Below are positions 8,801 through 20,398 of a stretch of DNA of 64,000 bases, in pieces. Below the pieces are notes generated by a model. The model had not been told where the DNA came from and made no database searches. It saw only the letters and a list, made by a program, of their open reading frames with translations. A program made the translations under genes and the position numbers. The DNA is from Candidatus Eiseniibacteriota bacterium (GTDB lineage: Bacteria; Eisenbacteria; RBG-16-71-46; CAVPCR01): assembly GCA_963702435.1 (NCBI GenBank), contig CAVPCR010000001.1:256001-320000 (forward strand). The letters run 5' to 3'. Each line of letters opens with the position of its first letter. Position 1 is the stretch's first letter.

Positions 8801-10658
8801 TCGACTGCACGTGGAGATCCACCTCGGGGTCACCGAGGAGCGTGAGCGCCATCAGGGTCCAGCGGAACGAGCTCTCGTAGTCGGAGTAGGGCACGAACGG
8901 CAGGCGGGCGAGAGCGGAGATCTCGCCCAAGCTCCGCAGCGAGTCGGCGCTCGCGAACACGGCCCCGAACCACTCCCCCTGGTAGTCGCGCGAGGCGCTC
9001 AGGAAGGCGAGGCGCGAGGTGCCGAGATAGGCGATGGCACCGCCCGCCGCATTCTTGACGAAGCGCTCGCCGATCGAGTTGAAGTCGATCGAGGCCGAGC
9101 TGCAGTTGATGGCGAAGACGACCGAGTTCCGCGGGCCGTTCGCGAGCGCGTCGGCATCCGCGTTGGTGAGCACCCCGTCGCCGACCGACATGGTGTTCCG
9201 GTAGCCGTGCCCGACATGGTGGAGGATGCCGAAGCCGTTCCCGATCGAATCGACGGCCGCCTGGTAGGTCTCGGGCAGGGACCCGGGCCAGTTCTGGTGC
9301 TCCTCGTAGAGCCGGACCCGCTTCCAGTGCGCGGGGACGAGGGCGTTCGCCTCCTCGGCCACGAGCGCCCCGTCGATGTTGGTGAAGAGCCGCTCGGCGA
9401 GGAAGAGGATCGAGGCCGGGTAGCCGTTCCCGGCGGCCGGCGCGCGGTCGTAGGCGATCGTCTTCTGGACGAAGACGTCGGCCTGGGCCGTGGTCGATAC
9501 CGGCGCGCGGCCTGCATACACCTCGGGCATGATGTCGGCCTGGTCCCCGGGATCGCCCGCATCCTGGAACGCCTCGCCGAAGCGGGCGTCGCCGTCGGCG
9601 TTCCAGTTCCCCTCGAGACACATGTAGTAGTAGTCGGCCGGGATGGTCTCGCCGCCGAAAAGGGTCGTCACCGCGGAGCGATAGGGGATGACATCGGTGT
9701 CGCCGCCGAGGAGGACGAAGAGCGTCCCCCAGTTCTGATACGCATCCCGGAGGAAGAAGCGGATGCGCTCGGCGCGGTCCACCCCGTTCGGATAGGTCGC
9801 ATCGATCCACTCGACCGTGCGCACGACCCCCTGCACGCCCTTCTCCGTCTTCCAGCGGGCGAGCGGCTCGAAGCGCGAGGCGAGCGCCGCCGAGGTGACG
9901 ATCACGTACTCGACGGGGCTCCCGTCTGCCGTCGGGCGGAACGTGGGTTGATAGGGACCGGGGCCGGCCGGCGCGGGATCCTCGCGGGGCGCGGACGCGG
10001 GCACGGCCACGCTGCCGCCGGCCGCCAGCAGGTGCCCGAGTCCCCGTTCGAACCGCTTCTCGATCGCCGGCACGACGCGGCGCCGGGGGAGAGCGATATC
10101 GGGGGCCGCCGCGAGCTCGTAGCGGAGGCGAAGACGGGTCAGGAGCTCGAGCTCGCCGCTCTCCGGGAACCAGCGAAAGGGGCTCACGCGAAACGCGAGG
10201 AGCGTCCGCCCGCGGAGCGCGCCGCGCCCGGCGAAGGAGGCGATGTCTACGGGATGCGATCCGCCCCGCCCGCACACGACGGTCTCGAGGGGCGGCGGCG
10301 GCGGAGCCGCGGCGCCGGCATCGATGCGGTGATCGGAGCCCGCAGCCGCGAGCCGATGCACGCCGAGGGCGAGCGCCGACTCGATCTCGACGGTGACCCG
10401 GTCGGCGGTCGTTCCCGCCGGCGCCTCGACGTAGATCGTGACGACCGGGAGCGCCGGTTCATCGGGGCGCGCCCCCACGAACGCCCCGCGATAGCGCACC
10501 GCGGTCGAGCCCGCCGCGGGGACGAGAGCGAGCCGCTCGGGCGGGAAGGAGAGGACGATCTCGGCCGCCCGCGCCGCGCGCGGGGTGCCGGCGCCGAGGA
10601 GCAGGATCGCGCCGGCGAGAAGGAGGCCGCCCTCTGGCGAAACCCGGCGCGCAGTCAT
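5838..10658 (-). CDS. Secreted C25 (gingipain-like) cysteine peptidase with Ig-like, FN3, FG-GAP propeller and FlgD-Ig/T9SS-like CTD (copy 6 in transcription order)
   Basis: Start MTARRVS... overlaps the upstream stop (ATGA); signal peptide; YVIVT, LLGGD, GRAPV, HHVGHG, AINCSS; DLDGDG repeats; ends GTYFYRV...RKLTLVR. Confidence 0.9.
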   Translation of the reverse strand: MTARRVSPEGGLLLAGAILLLGAGTPRAARAAEIVLSFPPERLALVPAAGSTAVRYRGAFVGARPDEPALPVVTIYVEAPAGTTADRVTVEIESALALGVHRLAAAGSDHRIDAGAAAPPPPPLETVVCGRGGSHPVDIASFAGRGALRGRTLLAFRVSPFRWFPESGELELLTRLRLRYELAAAPDIALPRRRVVPAIEKRFERGLGHLLAAGGSVAVPASAPREDPAPAGPGPYQPTFRPTADGSPVEYVIVTSAALASRFEPLARWKTEKGVQGVVRTVEWIDATYPNGVDRAERIRFFLRDAYQNWGTLFVLLGGDTDVIPYRSAVTTLFGGETIPADYYYMCLEGNWNADGDARFGEAFQDAGDPGDQADIMPEVYAGRAPVSTTAQADVFVQKTIAYDRAPAAGNGYPASILFLAERLFTNIDGALVAEEANALVPAHWKRVRLYEEHQNWPGSLPETYQAAVDSIGNGFGILHHVGHGYRNTMSVGDGVLTNADADALANGPRNSVVFAINCSSASIDFNSIGERFVKNAAGGAIAYLGTSRLAFLSASRDYQGEWFGAVFASADSLRSLGEISALARLPFVPYSDYESSFRWTLMALTLLGDPEVDLHVQSIAPIAVNHPAHHALGAGPYAATVTSGGAPLAGAVVTLGKGSEAYARGETDASGTASLHFAPETTGAAILTVSRPGFAVYQTTINVTAAAGAYPYLQAVVVDDDAIPPSAGDGDGRADAGETIELAITLRNGGTQGASGVLAALSEQNPQGYLTLITSTVSYGTIAAGGGSSGTGRFALAIAPSAPEAFQPLFSLVIASGQGVYNDVFVLPVRRSYLEHLRHVVDDAPPRGNGNGVVEAGETIWYSLALRNTGQDTAAAVAAVLAVVRAGTLDPEPQVTVSDANASFGRIPVGAVVTGDRFAFTLGPLVDPAAIRLRVTTADVFGPVRTEHLDVTAPGVADSLAAFGSPSALRLAWKAPADADLLGYDIYRAASAGGPFVQVNAFLAAGSASYEDAGLLPLTRYYYRIVARDSSSNAGPLSAVVTGSTNPPLAAGWPIEIGQVTSSSLQLANVAGGSDYELFTAADYQYGWHADGTEIVDGDGDPRTSGVFAPDGFSNAKGFSATTALGDMDGDGTIEVANVGWTVGQAYLWDAEGELMPGWPQSVLDDFNWPSPLMADIDGDDDLELVVWAAKGGRLFAWHHDGTEVADGDSNPATNGVLFRVTGASFCYSSPAAANLDADPAAEIVFCLNIASNSAGPVYAVNGDGTLVPGWPVATGDLANPSAITASPAIADLDGDGSNEIVVASERGGGRVHVFRASGAAFPGWPQSAPAVTAQVRTGSPVIADLDGDGQLDIVFPGSDGRLFAWNRQGVLLPGFPAVFYTGGNEATQSSPTIGDLDADGRPEILIGDESGKLHAFNHDGTPAAGFPIQLEGEVRGSPLLWDIDNDGLIEVGMAAYDAAVYLWDLPAAWNPTRIQWPFFRHDAANTGYVGSSVLPVAIAGPEPEGPPAAPRLAAIHPARPNPLARRTRLAIDVPAPGEIPVSLTIYDVEGRAVARLLDGRLPAGRHEVDWDGRGPGGEPLAAGTYFYRVRIGDFVASRKLTLVR

Positions 10659-13600
10659 TTCACGAGCGCCACCTTCTCGGTGAACACCTGCTCGCCGATC
10701 GCGATCCGGAGGAAGTAGATGCCGGTTCCGAGCACCTCGCCGCTCTTCCCGCGCCCGTCCCAGGTGATCGCGTGCTGCCCGGCGCCGACCGGCCCCGCGA
10801 GGAGCCGCCGCACGAGCCGCCCCGTCACGTCGTACGCGGCGATCGCGACCGGCAAGGCCCCGGTGCCCGGCACGTCGAAGGCGATCGTGGTCGCCGGGTT
10901 GAACGGATTGGGGCGCGCCGGGTAGACGCGCGCGGCGGCCGGAGCCGCCGGGGCCGGCGGCTCCGCGATCCCGACCGCGAGCGGCGCGGTCTGCATCCAG
11001 CCGGTGTTCCGCACATCGTGATGGAAGAAGGGCCACGGCGCCCGGAGCGGGTTGAACTCGCTCGGCAGATCCCAGATGTAGACGTTCCCGTCCCAGCCGA
11101 CCACGGCGACCTCGGTCATCGTGTCCTGATCGATGTCCCAGACGACCGGGGTCGAGCGCACCTCGCCGTTCGTCTGGATCGGGAACCCGGCGACGAGCGT
11201 GCCGTCGTTGTGATAGGCGTGCACCTTGCCGGTCTCATCACCGAACAGGATCTCGAGCGCTCCGTCCCCGTCGATGTCGGCGATCGAGGGCGTCGACTGG
11301 GTCGCCTGGCTCGACCCCGTGGCGAAGACGACCGGGAACCCTGGGAGCTGCGTCCCGTCGCGCTTGAAGGCGTAGAGGCGGCCGTCCGATCCGGCATAGG
11401 CGATGTCGAGGTAGGTGTCGCCGTCGAGATCGCCGAGCGCCGGAGAGCTCGTGCGCGACTGTCCGGACACGGCCGGCGCCAAGCGCGGCCACCCCGGCCG
11501 CACCGTGCCGTCCCCGCCGAGGACGTACATGAGGCCGCCGCTGCGATCGGCGACGAGGATGATCTCGTTGGTGCCGTTCCGGTCGAGGTCCCCGATCGCC
11601 GGCGAGGAGGTGATCTGCGACCCGTCGCTCACGGTCCCGGTCGAGTACGGCCAGCCGGTCGCGAGCGTGCCGTCGTGGTTCACGGCGTAGACCTTGCCCG
11701 TCATGTCGCTCGAGAGGTTGACGCAGAACACGATCTCGGGACGGAGGTCGCCGTCGATGTCGGCGACCGCCGGCGACGAGTAGTTGAAGGAGGTGCCGAA
11801 CACCCGATGGAGCACGCCGTCGGTCGCCGGATTCCCGTCGCCGTCGGCCACCTCGACCCCGGTGTGATGCCAGGCGAAGAGCCGCCCGCCGTTGGCGGCC
11901 CACAGGATGACCTCGAGATCGCTGTCGCCGTCGAGATCGTAGAGCACGGGCGACGGCCAGTTAAAGTCGTCCATCACCCACTTGGGCCAGCCGCTCTCGA
12001 GCTGGCCCGTGTGATCCCACACGTAGAGGCTCTCCGCCGCCCAGCCGACGTTCGCGATCTCGTAGTCGCCGTTGCGGTCGAGGTCGCCGATGGCGGCGGT
12101 GGCCGAGAACCCCTTGACTCCGCTGTAGCCGTAGCGGGAGTAGGGCCCGTTCGTGCGGTCGTCGTCGTCGCCGTCGACGATCTCGGTGCCGTTCGCATGC
12201 CAGCCGTACTGCATGTCGGCGGCGGTGAAGACCTCGTAGTCGGAGCCGCCCTCCGTGTTGGAGAGGACGAGCGAGGACTGGGTCTGTTGCGCCAGCTCGA
12301 TCGGCCAGCCGGGCATGTAAGGCGGATTGGTGGTGCCCGAGATGACGAGGGTCGGCGGCGAGGCGTTGTACGAGGAGTCCCGCGCCACCACCCGGTAGTA
12401 GTAGCGCGTGAGGGCCGGCAAGCCGCGGTCCTCGAACGCCGAGGTCCCGTCCACCGTGTAGGAGTTGATGCGCGTGAACGGCCCGCCCGGGTTCGGCGCG
12501 CGATGGACGTCGTAGCCGCGTGCGTCGGCGGACGCCGAGCGGTTCCAGGTGAGACGGATCGAGCTCGGCGATCCGAACGCCGTCAGCGTATCCGGCTCCA
12601 CGGGTGCTATCACGTCGAGGAACTGGAGATCGGCCGGCCCCAGCGCGTCGGCGAGCGTGAGCTCGAGGAGGAGCGTCAGCGGATCCACGGTCGAGCCGAG
12701 CGTGAAGGCGAAGCGATCTCCCTCGACCTGCTGCCCAGGGGCGAGCGTCCCGAAGCTCGCGTTCGCATCGCCCACCGTCACGCCCGGGTGCGGCAGGCGA
12801 TCGGACACCCGGAGCGCCCGCAGCGCTCCCGTGACCCCGGTCGCCCGATCCTGCCCCCTGTTCTTGAGCGTCACTCGGTAGTAGATCTCCTCCCCCGCCT
12901 CGACGATCCCGTCCCCGTCCCCGCGCGGCGCCGCATCGTCCACCACGTGCGAATAGTGCTCGAGGTACGGCCGCCGGAGCGGCAGCAAGGTCACATCCGG
13001 CCACGTCCCCTGCCCGCTCGTCACGACGAGGGTGAGCGCGGGCTGATAGGCGACCGGTGCGTCCGCGGCGATCGTCACCACGTACGCCCCGCTCCCCTGC
13101 GAGCTCCCGCCGGCGCCCAGGGTGCCGTAGCTCACCGAGCCCTGCGCGATCGTGAGCGCGTTCTCCGGATCGTTCTCGCTGAGCGTCCCCACGACGCCGG
13201 TGGCCTGCGCCCCGCCGCCGTTCCGGAGCGTCAAGCGGAGCTCGACCGTCTCCCCGGCATCCGCCTGCCCGTCCCCGTCGCCGCTCGACTGCCCCACCCC
13301 GTCGTCGTCCACCACCATCGTCTGCACGTACACGTACGGCCCGCTTCCCGCCGTCACGTTCACCGTCGCGAGATACGGCCGGTAGTAGCTCTTGTGTACG
13401 GTCAGCGCCAGCGTCCCCGTCGTCTGCGCCCCCACCGCGAGCTGCGCCTGGCCGTTGGCCCCGGTGATCCCGCGGACGTAGGTCTCCGCCGTCTTCCGCA
13501 GGGTCACCGACGCTCCCGCGACCGGCGAGCCGCCCGCCGTCACCGTCACCGTGATCGGCGCCGAACCGAGCGCCACGCTCGCCGGATGCGTCACCGCGAT

Positions 13601-15541
13601 CGGCACCGCCGCGTTCGTGTAGAGGTCCACCTCCGGATCCCCGAGCAGCGTCGTCGCGAGCAGGTTCCAGCGCGTCCCCGAGTCGTACTCCGAGTTGGGA
13701 ACGAGGGCCAGGCGCGCGAAGCTCGTCGCCGCACCGAGATTCTTGCCGTACGCGCTCGTCGAATCGAAGATGGTCGCGTACCACTCGTTCTGGAAGACCC
13801 GGGACGGCGAGACGAAGGCGAGGCGCGAGGTGCCGATATAGGCGATCGAGCCGCCGTTCGCGTTCTTGACGAAGCGCTCGCCGATCGAGTTGAAGTCGAT
13901 CGAGGCCGAGCTGCAGTTGATGGCGAAGACGACCGAGTTCCGCGACCCGTTCACGAGCGCGTCGGCATCCGAGTTGTTGAGCGTACCGCTCCCGACCGAC
14001 ATGGTGTTCCGGTAGCCGTGCCCGACGTGATGGATGATGCCGAAGCCGGCGTTGATCGAGTCGATGGCGGTCTGCCGCGAGAGCTCGATCGAGCCGGGAT
14101 AGCTCGCCGACTCCTCGTACCCGCGGACCACCCGCATCCACGGCGGCAGGGAGGCAATGGCCTCCTCGGCGATGTCGGCGCCGTGCTGATCGCTGAACAG
14201 GCGCTCGGCGAGAGCGATGAAGGACGCCGGGTAGCGGGCGCCGGCCGGCGGCGTCTGCTCGTAGGTGAGCGTCTTGTTGACGAAGGCCTGCGCCTCGGCG
14301 ACCGTGGAGACCGGCGCCCTCCCGACATGGACCTCGAAGGCGAGGTCGATGTCGTCCGAGAACCCCGCGGTCAGCGATTCGCCGAAGCGGGAGTCCCCGT
14401 CCGCGTTCCAGTTACCGTCCAGACAGCTGTAGTAGTAGTCGGCGGGGATCTGCTCCCCCTCGTAGACGATCATCTGCGCATAACGCGGCGGCACGATGTC
14501 GGTATCGCCGCCGAGGAGCACGAACAGCGTCCCCCAGTTCTGATAGGCATCGCGTAGGAAGAAGCGGATCCGCTCCGCCCGATCCACCCCGTTCGGATAG
14601 GTCTGGTCGATCCACTCGACCGTGCGCACCGCCGCCTGCACGCCCTTCCTCGTTTTCCAGTCCGCGAGGCGCTGGAACTCGGGTTCGAGCGCCGACCCGG
14701 TCACGATCACGTACTCGACCGCGCTCCCGTCCAGCGATGGCCGGAAGGTGGGCTGGTAGGGCCCCGGCCCCGCCGGACCGTTTCCCACATCGCCGATGCC
14801 CAGAGCGGACTCCTGGCCGAGGTCCTCGGTCGCCGCCGCCCTGGCGAAGCCGCGGATGAGCGCGGCCGCGCCGTCCTCGAACCTGGCCTCGATCTCGGCG
14901 ACGACGCGCCGGCGTACGAGCGGCTCGGCCACCCCCGTGGGCCGTCCGGGCTCGAGCAGGAGCGTCACCGTGACGGCGCTCGCCGTCTCGAGCGTGCCGC
15001 TCCCCACATCCCAGCGCGCCGGGGCCACGAGAACGCAGGCGACCGCGTGCCCGCGCAGCGTTCCCTCGCTCGCCAGCCGCGCCCACGTTGCCGGATAGAG
15101 GCCCGCGCTCCCGTAGATCGCCGGATCGGCGAGCGCCGCCCGGGGCGTCTCGTCGCCGCGCGCGTCCGGCGCCACCGGAGCCACGCGCACGTCCGGTTGC
15201 TTTGCAACGCCGCCCGGCGCGGCGCTCACGCCGGTCACCCGCATTCCCGCCGGCACCTCGATCCACACCGGCACCCAGGGCAGATCGGGCGCCCCCGCGG
15301 GAGCCGGGGTCGCCCGCGGGTAGCGCACGGCGACCGCTCCGTCGGCCCGCGCCTCGATCGCGAGCGCGGCCCGGTCGAAGCGCACCTCCTCGACCCGCGT
15401 CGCCGCGGCGAGGGGACGCGGTGCGACCATGGACGCGAGGGCGAGCATGATGAAGGGCGCGGTCGAGAAGAGCGCCGTGGCGCCCGGAGAACGTCTCATC
15501 ATCCGATGGCTCCTTCGTTGGCTTCTTCGCTGCGCTGTCAT
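10655..15541 (-). CDS. Secreted C25 peptidase/FG-GAP/CTD protein (copy 5)
   Basis: Intact 1628-aa ORF with the same domain order and His/Cys motifs; ends GIYFLRI...EKVALVK; ATGA overlap with the upstream copy. Confidence 0.9.
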   Translation of the reverse strand: MTAQRRSQRRSHRMMRRSPGATALFSTAPFIMLALASMVAPRPLAAATRVEEVRFDRAALAIEARADGAVAVRYPRATPAPAGAPDLPWVPVWIEVPAGMRVTGVSAAPGGVAKQPDVRVAPVAPDARGDETPRAALADPAIYGSAGLYPATWARLASEGTLRGHAVACVLVAPARWDVGSGTLETASAVTVTLLLEPGRPTGVAEPLVRRRVVAEIEARFEDGAAALIRGFARAAATEDLGQESALGIGDVGNGPAGPGPYQPTFRPSLDGSAVEYVIVTGSALEPEFQRLADWKTRKGVQAAVRTVEWIDQTYPNGVDRAERIRFFLRDAYQNWGTLFVLLGGDTDIVPPRYAQMIVYEGEQIPADYYYSCLDGNWNADGDSRFGESLTAGFSDDIDLAFEVHVGRAPVSTVAEAQAFVNKTLTYEQTPPAGARYPASFIALAERLFSDQHGADIAEEAIASLPPWMRVVRGYEESASYPGSIELSRQTAIDSINAGFGIIHHVGHGYRNTMSVGSGTLNNSDADALVNGSRNSVVFAINCSSASIDFNSIGERFVKNANGGSIAYIGTSRLAFVSPSRVFQNEWYATIFDSTSAYGKNLGAATSFARLALVPNSEYDSGTRWNLLATTLLGDPEVDLYTNAAVPIAVTHPASVALGSAPITVTVTAGGSPVAGASVTLRKTAETYVRGITGANGQAQLAVGAQTTGTLALTVHKSYYRPYLATVNVTAGSGPYVYVQTMVVDDDGVGQSSGDGDGQADAGETVELRLTLRNGGGAQATGVVGTLSENDPENALTIAQGSVSYGTLGAGGSSQGSGAYVVTIAADAPVAYQPALTLVVTSGQGTWPDVTLLPLRRPYLEHYSHVVDDAAPRGDGDGIVEAGEEIYYRVTLKNRGQDRATGVTGALRALRVSDRLPHPGVTVGDANASFGTLAPGQQVEGDRFAFTLGSTVDPLTLLLELTLADALGPADLQFLDVIAPVEPDTLTAFGSPSSIRLTWNRSASADARGYDVHRAPNPGGPFTRINSYTVDGTSAFEDRGLPALTRYYYRVVARDSSYNASPPTLVISGTTNPPYMPGWPIELAQQTQSSLVLSNTEGGSDYEVFTAADMQYGWHANGTEIVDGDDDDRTNGPYSRYGYSGVKGFSATAAIGDLDRNGDYEIANVGWAAESLYVWDHTGQLESGWPKWVMDDFNWPSPVLYDLDGDSDLEVILWAANGGRLFAWHHTGVEVADGDGNPATDGVLHRVFGTSFNYSSPAVADIDGDLRPEIVFCVNLSSDMTGKVYAVNHDGTLATGWPYSTGTVSDGSQITSSPAIGDLDRNGTNEIILVADRSGGLMYVLGGDGTVRPGWPRLAPAVSGQSRTSSPALGDLDGDTYLDIAYAGSDGRLYAFKRDGTQLPGFPVVFATGSSQATQSTPSIADIDGDGALEILFGDETGKVHAYHNDGTLVAGFPIQTNGEVRSTPVVWDIDQDTMTEVAVVGWDGNVYIWDLPSEFNPLRAPWPFFHHDVRNTGWMQTAPLAVGIAEPPAPAAPAAARVYPARPNPFNPATTIAFDVPGTGALPVAIAAYDVTGRLVRRLLAGPVGAGQHAITWDGRGKSGEVLGTGIYFLRIAIGEQVFTEKVALVK

Positions 15542-18500
15542 CGCACGAGCGTGAGCTTCTGCGTGGACTCGAAGTTCCCGATCCTGATGCGGGCGAAGTA
15601 CACGCCCGAAGCGGCCACGGCGCCGTTCGACCCGCGGCCGTCCCAGGCGATCGCATGCGAACCCGTCGCGACCGGCCCGTCGAGGAGCCGGCGGACGATC
15701 CGGCCGGCGACATCCACGATCTCGAGCGTGACCGGGCGCGCACCGGACTCAGCCCCCGGCACGTCGAAGGCGAGCGTCGTCCACGGATTGAAGGGGTTCG
15801 GGCGCGCCGCGTGGAACGCCGCGACCGCCGGCGTCACCGCGGGCGCGGGCTCCTCGATGCCGGTCTGCACCGCGGTGGCCACGCGTCCCGTGTTCTGGAC
15901 GTCGTGCCGGAAGAAGGGCCACGCGAGTTTGGTCGGATTGAAGGGGCCGACCAGATCCCACATGTACACGGTCCCGTCGTAGCAGGTGACCACCGCCTCG
16001 ACCAGGTTGTCGCGATCCACGTCCCAGAGCGCCGGCGTCGAGCGCACCTCGCCCGGGAGCTGGATCGGGAAACCCGGGGCGAGCGTCCCGTCATGGTTGT
16101 AGGCGTGGACCTTCCCCGACTCGTCGCCGAACAGGATCTCCGGCCGGGCGTCCCCGTCGATGTCGCCGACCGAAGGCGTCGACTGGGTGGTCTGGTTCTG
16201 CGGATCCATGAAGTAGGTGACGGGGAAGCCGGGCATCACGAGTCCGCTCCGGCTCCACACGTGCAGGACGCCGTTCGTGTCGGGATAGACGATATCGAGC
16301 CGCCCGTCCCCGTCGATGTCGGCGAGCACTGGTGAGGGCAGGCGGGCGTCGGTCGTGTAGGAGGCGGCGACCTGCGGCCAGCCCCCGACCACCGTGCCGT
16401 TCCGGTTGAGGACATACACCCGCCCGCCGTCGCGCTCGCAGGAGAAGACGATCTCCTCGTCGCCGTCGTTGTCGAGATCGCCGACCGCAATCGAGGAGCT
16501 CACCTCGGAGGGAGTCTGCGGGCTGCCGGTGAAGAACGGCCAGCCAGAAACGAAGGTCCCGTCGATATTGAAGGCATAGATGCCGCCGCTCTGATCCGTG
16601 GACCGGCCGACCGGAACCAGGATCTCGAGCGGCGAGTCGGCGTCGAGCTGGGCGACGGCCGCGCTCCCGTAGTTGAATGACGTGCCGAAGATGCGGGCGA
16701 GAACGCCGTCGGTCGAGGGATTCAGGTCGCCGTCGACCAGCTCCTGGCCGGTGTGATGCCACGCGAAGAGCCGCCCGCCGTTGGCCGCCCAGACCGCGAT
16801 CTCGAGATCCCCGTTCTGATCCAGATCGGCGAGGAGCGCCGAGCCCCAGTTGAGATCGTCGAGCACCGACTTCGGCCACCCCGGCATGAACTGCCCCTGG
16901 TTGTTCCAGACGTAGAGCGTGTCCGCGGAGAACGTGACGTTGGCCACCTCGAGCCAGCCGGTCTGATCGATGTTGCCGGCCGCAGGGGTGGCCGCGTAGC
17001 CGGGGCTCGTGCTGCCGCGCCCGTAGAGGGAGAAGGGCCCGTTGGTGCGCGGATCGGTGTCGCCGTCCACGACCTCGGTGCCGTCGCCGTGCCAGGCGTA
17101 CTGCACGTCGCCGCCGCAGAGCACCTCGATGTGCGAACCGCCGTCGATATCGGCGACGATCGGCGAGGAGGACGTCTGCTGGCCGATCTCGATCGGCCAG
17201 CCCGCGCTGTAGGGCGGATTGGTGGTGCCGGAGATGACCAGGGACGGCCGCGACGCGTTGTAGGACGAATCTCGCGCCACGATGCGGTAGTAGTAGCGCG
17301 TGAGCGCCGGCAAGCCGCGGTCCTCGAACGCCGCCGTTCCGTCCACCGTGTAGGTGTTGATGCGCGTGAACGGCCCGCCCGGGCCCGTTGCCCGCTCGAT
17401 GTCGTACCCGCGCGCATCCTCCGATTTGCACCGGTTCCAGGTGAGCCGGATCGAGCTCGGCGCGCCGAAGGCGGTCACCGTGTCCACCTCCGTCGGCACG
17501 GTCACGTCGATGAACTGGAGATCGGCCGGCCCCAGCGCGTCGGCGAGCGTCAGCTCGAGGAGCACGGTCAGCGGATCCACGGTCGAGCCGAGCGTGAAGG
17601 CGAAGCGATCTCCCTGGACCTGCTGCCCAGGGGCGAGCGTCCCGAAGCTCGCGTTCGCATCGCCCACCGTCACGCCCGGGTGCGGCAGGCGATCGGACAC
17701 CCGGAGCGCCCGCAGCGCTCCCGTGACCCCGGTCGCCCGATCCTGCCCCGTGTTCTTGAGCGTCACCCGGTAGTAGATCTCCTCCCCCGCCTCGACGATC
17801 CCGTCCCCGTCCCCGCGCGGCGCCGCATCGTCCACCACGTGCGAATAGTGCTCGAGGTACGGCCGCCGGAGCGGCAGCAAGGTCACATCCGGCCACGTCC
17901 CCTGCCCGCTCGTCACGACGAGGGTGAGCGCGGGCTGATAGGCGACCGGTGCGTCCGCGGCGATCGTCGACCACGTACGCCCCGCTCCCCTGCGAGCTCC
18001 CGCCGGCGCCCAGGGTCCCGTAGGTCACCGTGTTCTGGATGATGGTGAGCGCGTTCTCCGGATCGTTCTCGGTGAGCGTGCCGACGACCCCCGTGGCCTG
18101 CGCGCCGCCGCCGTTCCGGAGCGTCAGGCGGAGCTCGACCGTCTCCCCGGCGTCCGCCTGCCCGTCCCCGTCCCCGCTCGAGGGCGCCACTCCGTCGTCG
18201 TCCACCACCATCGTCTGCACGTACACGTACGGCCCGCTTCCCGCCGTCACGTTCACCGTCGCGAGATACGGCCGGTAGTAGCTCTTGTGTACGGTGAGCG
18301 CCATCGTCCCCGTGGTCTGCGCCCCGACCGCGAGCTGCGCCTGGCCGTTCGCCCCGGTGATCGCGCGGACGTAGCTCTCCCCCGCTTTCCAGAGCGTCAC
18401 CGATGCCCCCGCGACCGGCGAGCCGCCCGCCGTCACCGTCACCGTGATCGGCGCCGAACCGAGCGCCACGCTCGCCGGATGCGTCACCGCGATCGGCACC

Positions 18501-20353
18501 ACCGCGTTCGTGTAGAGATCCGCCTCCGGATCTCCGAGCAGGGTCGTCGCGAGCAGGTTCCAGCGGTTGGCCGACTCGAACTCCGAGCCGGGCAGGAGGG
18601 ATGCGCGCGCGAGGTCGGTGGCGAGCCCGATCGAGCGCGTCGAGTCCTCGAACACCTCGAGGTACCAGGCGTTCTGGAAGATCTCGGAGGCCACGACGAA
18701 GGCGAGGCGCGAGGTGCCAATATAGGCGATCGAGCCTCCGTTCGCGTTCTTGACGAAGCGCTCGCCGATCGAATTGAAGTCGATCGAGGCCGAGCTGCAG
18801 TTGATGGCGAAGACGACCGAGTTCCGCGGCGCGTTGATGAGCGCGTCGGCATCCGAGTTGTTGAGCGTACCGCTCCCGACCGACATGGTGTTCCGGTAGC
18901 CGTGCCCGACGTGATGGATGATGCCGAAGCCGGCGTTGATCGAGTCGATGGCGGTCTGTCGCGACAGCTCGATCGAGCCGGGATAGCTCGCTGACTCCTC
19001 GTAGAGGCGCACGATCCGCATCCACGGCGGCACCTGGGCCAACGCCTCCTCGGCGATGTCGGCGCCGTGTGTCGTCGGGAAGAGCCGCTCGGCGAGGACG
19101 ACGACCGACGCCGGGTAGCGGGCGCTCGCCGGCGGGTTCTGCTCGTAGAGGAGCGTCTTGTTGACGAAGGTCCGCGCCTCGGCCAGGGTCGAGACCGGCG
19201 CCCGCCCGACCGACAGCTCGAAATAGAAGTCGCAGGAGTCGGAGGGCACGTTGATGAAACGTGCCTCCCCGAAGCGCCAGTCGCCGTCCTGGTTCCAGTT
19301 GCGGTCGAGACAGGCGTAGTAGTAGTCGGCGGGGATCGAGTCATCATAGTACGTGCTCTCGGCATAGCGGGGCGGCACGATGTCGGTGTCGCCGCCGAGG
19401 AGCACGAAGAGCGCATTCCAGTTCTGGTACGCGTCCCGGAGGAAGAAGCGGACCCGTTCCGCCCGGTCCACCCCGTTCGGATAGGTCTGGTCGATCCACT
19501 CGACCGTGCGCACCACCGACTGCACCCCCTTCTTGGTCTTCCAGTCCGCAAGCCGCTGGAACTCGCTCTCGAGCGCCGCCGAGGTCACGATCACGTACTC
19601 GACCGCGCTCCCGTCCAGCGACGGCCGGAAGGTGGGCTGATACGGCCCCGGCCCCGCCGGCCCGTCTCCCACGTCCCCGAGCTCCTCGGTCGCCACCGCC
19701 GGCGCGAACCGCCGGATCATCTTCCCGGCGCCCGCTTCGAACTTGGCCTCGATCTCGGCGACGATGCGGCGCCGCGCGAGGGGTTCCATGGACCGCCCGG
19801 GCGCCAGCTCGAGGGTCACCGTGACCGCGCTCGCCGTCTCGAGCGTGCCGCTCCCCGCATCCCAGCGCACCGGGGCCACGAGCACGCAGGCGAGGACGTG
19901 CCCGCGGAGCATGCCCTCGCTCGCGAGCTCGGCCCACGCCGCCGGGTAAGACCTTCCGCTCCCGTAGATCCCGGGATCGGCGAGCGCCGGCCGGGGTGTC
20001 TCATCCACGCGCGCGTCGGGCGCCACCGGCGCCAGGCGCGCGGCCGACTGCTTCGCGACGCCGCTCGGGGCGGCGGTCACGCCCACGACGTGCATGTCCG
20101 CCGGCACCTCGATCCACAACGGCACCAGGGGCAGATCCGGGGCTCCTTCCGGAGCCCGCACGGCGCCCGGATAGCGCACGCTCAGCGCCCCGCCCTCCGC
20201 GGTCGTGACGCGCAGCTTCTCGCGCTCGAAGCGCACTTCCTCGACGATGGTGACCGGCGCGGCGGCGACCCGCGCCGCGACGATGAGCAGCGCGCAGGGG
20301 ACGAGCAGCACGAGGCGAGCGGCCGCCTTCCGGACATCGATGCACTTCTTCAT
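15538..20353 (-). pseudogene. C25 peptidase/FG-GAP/CTD protein (copy 4), one +1 frameshift near 17969 (real or sequencing error)
   Basis: ORF 16091..20353 is homologous up to GAYVV and ORF 15538..17916 continues the protein. Copy 5 reads GTG GTG ACG ATC where this copy reads GTG GTC GAC GAT C. Confidence 0.85.
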
Positions 20354-20398
20354 CGCGCGACTCCATTCTCCACGGGACCTGAGAACATGGCCGGCACT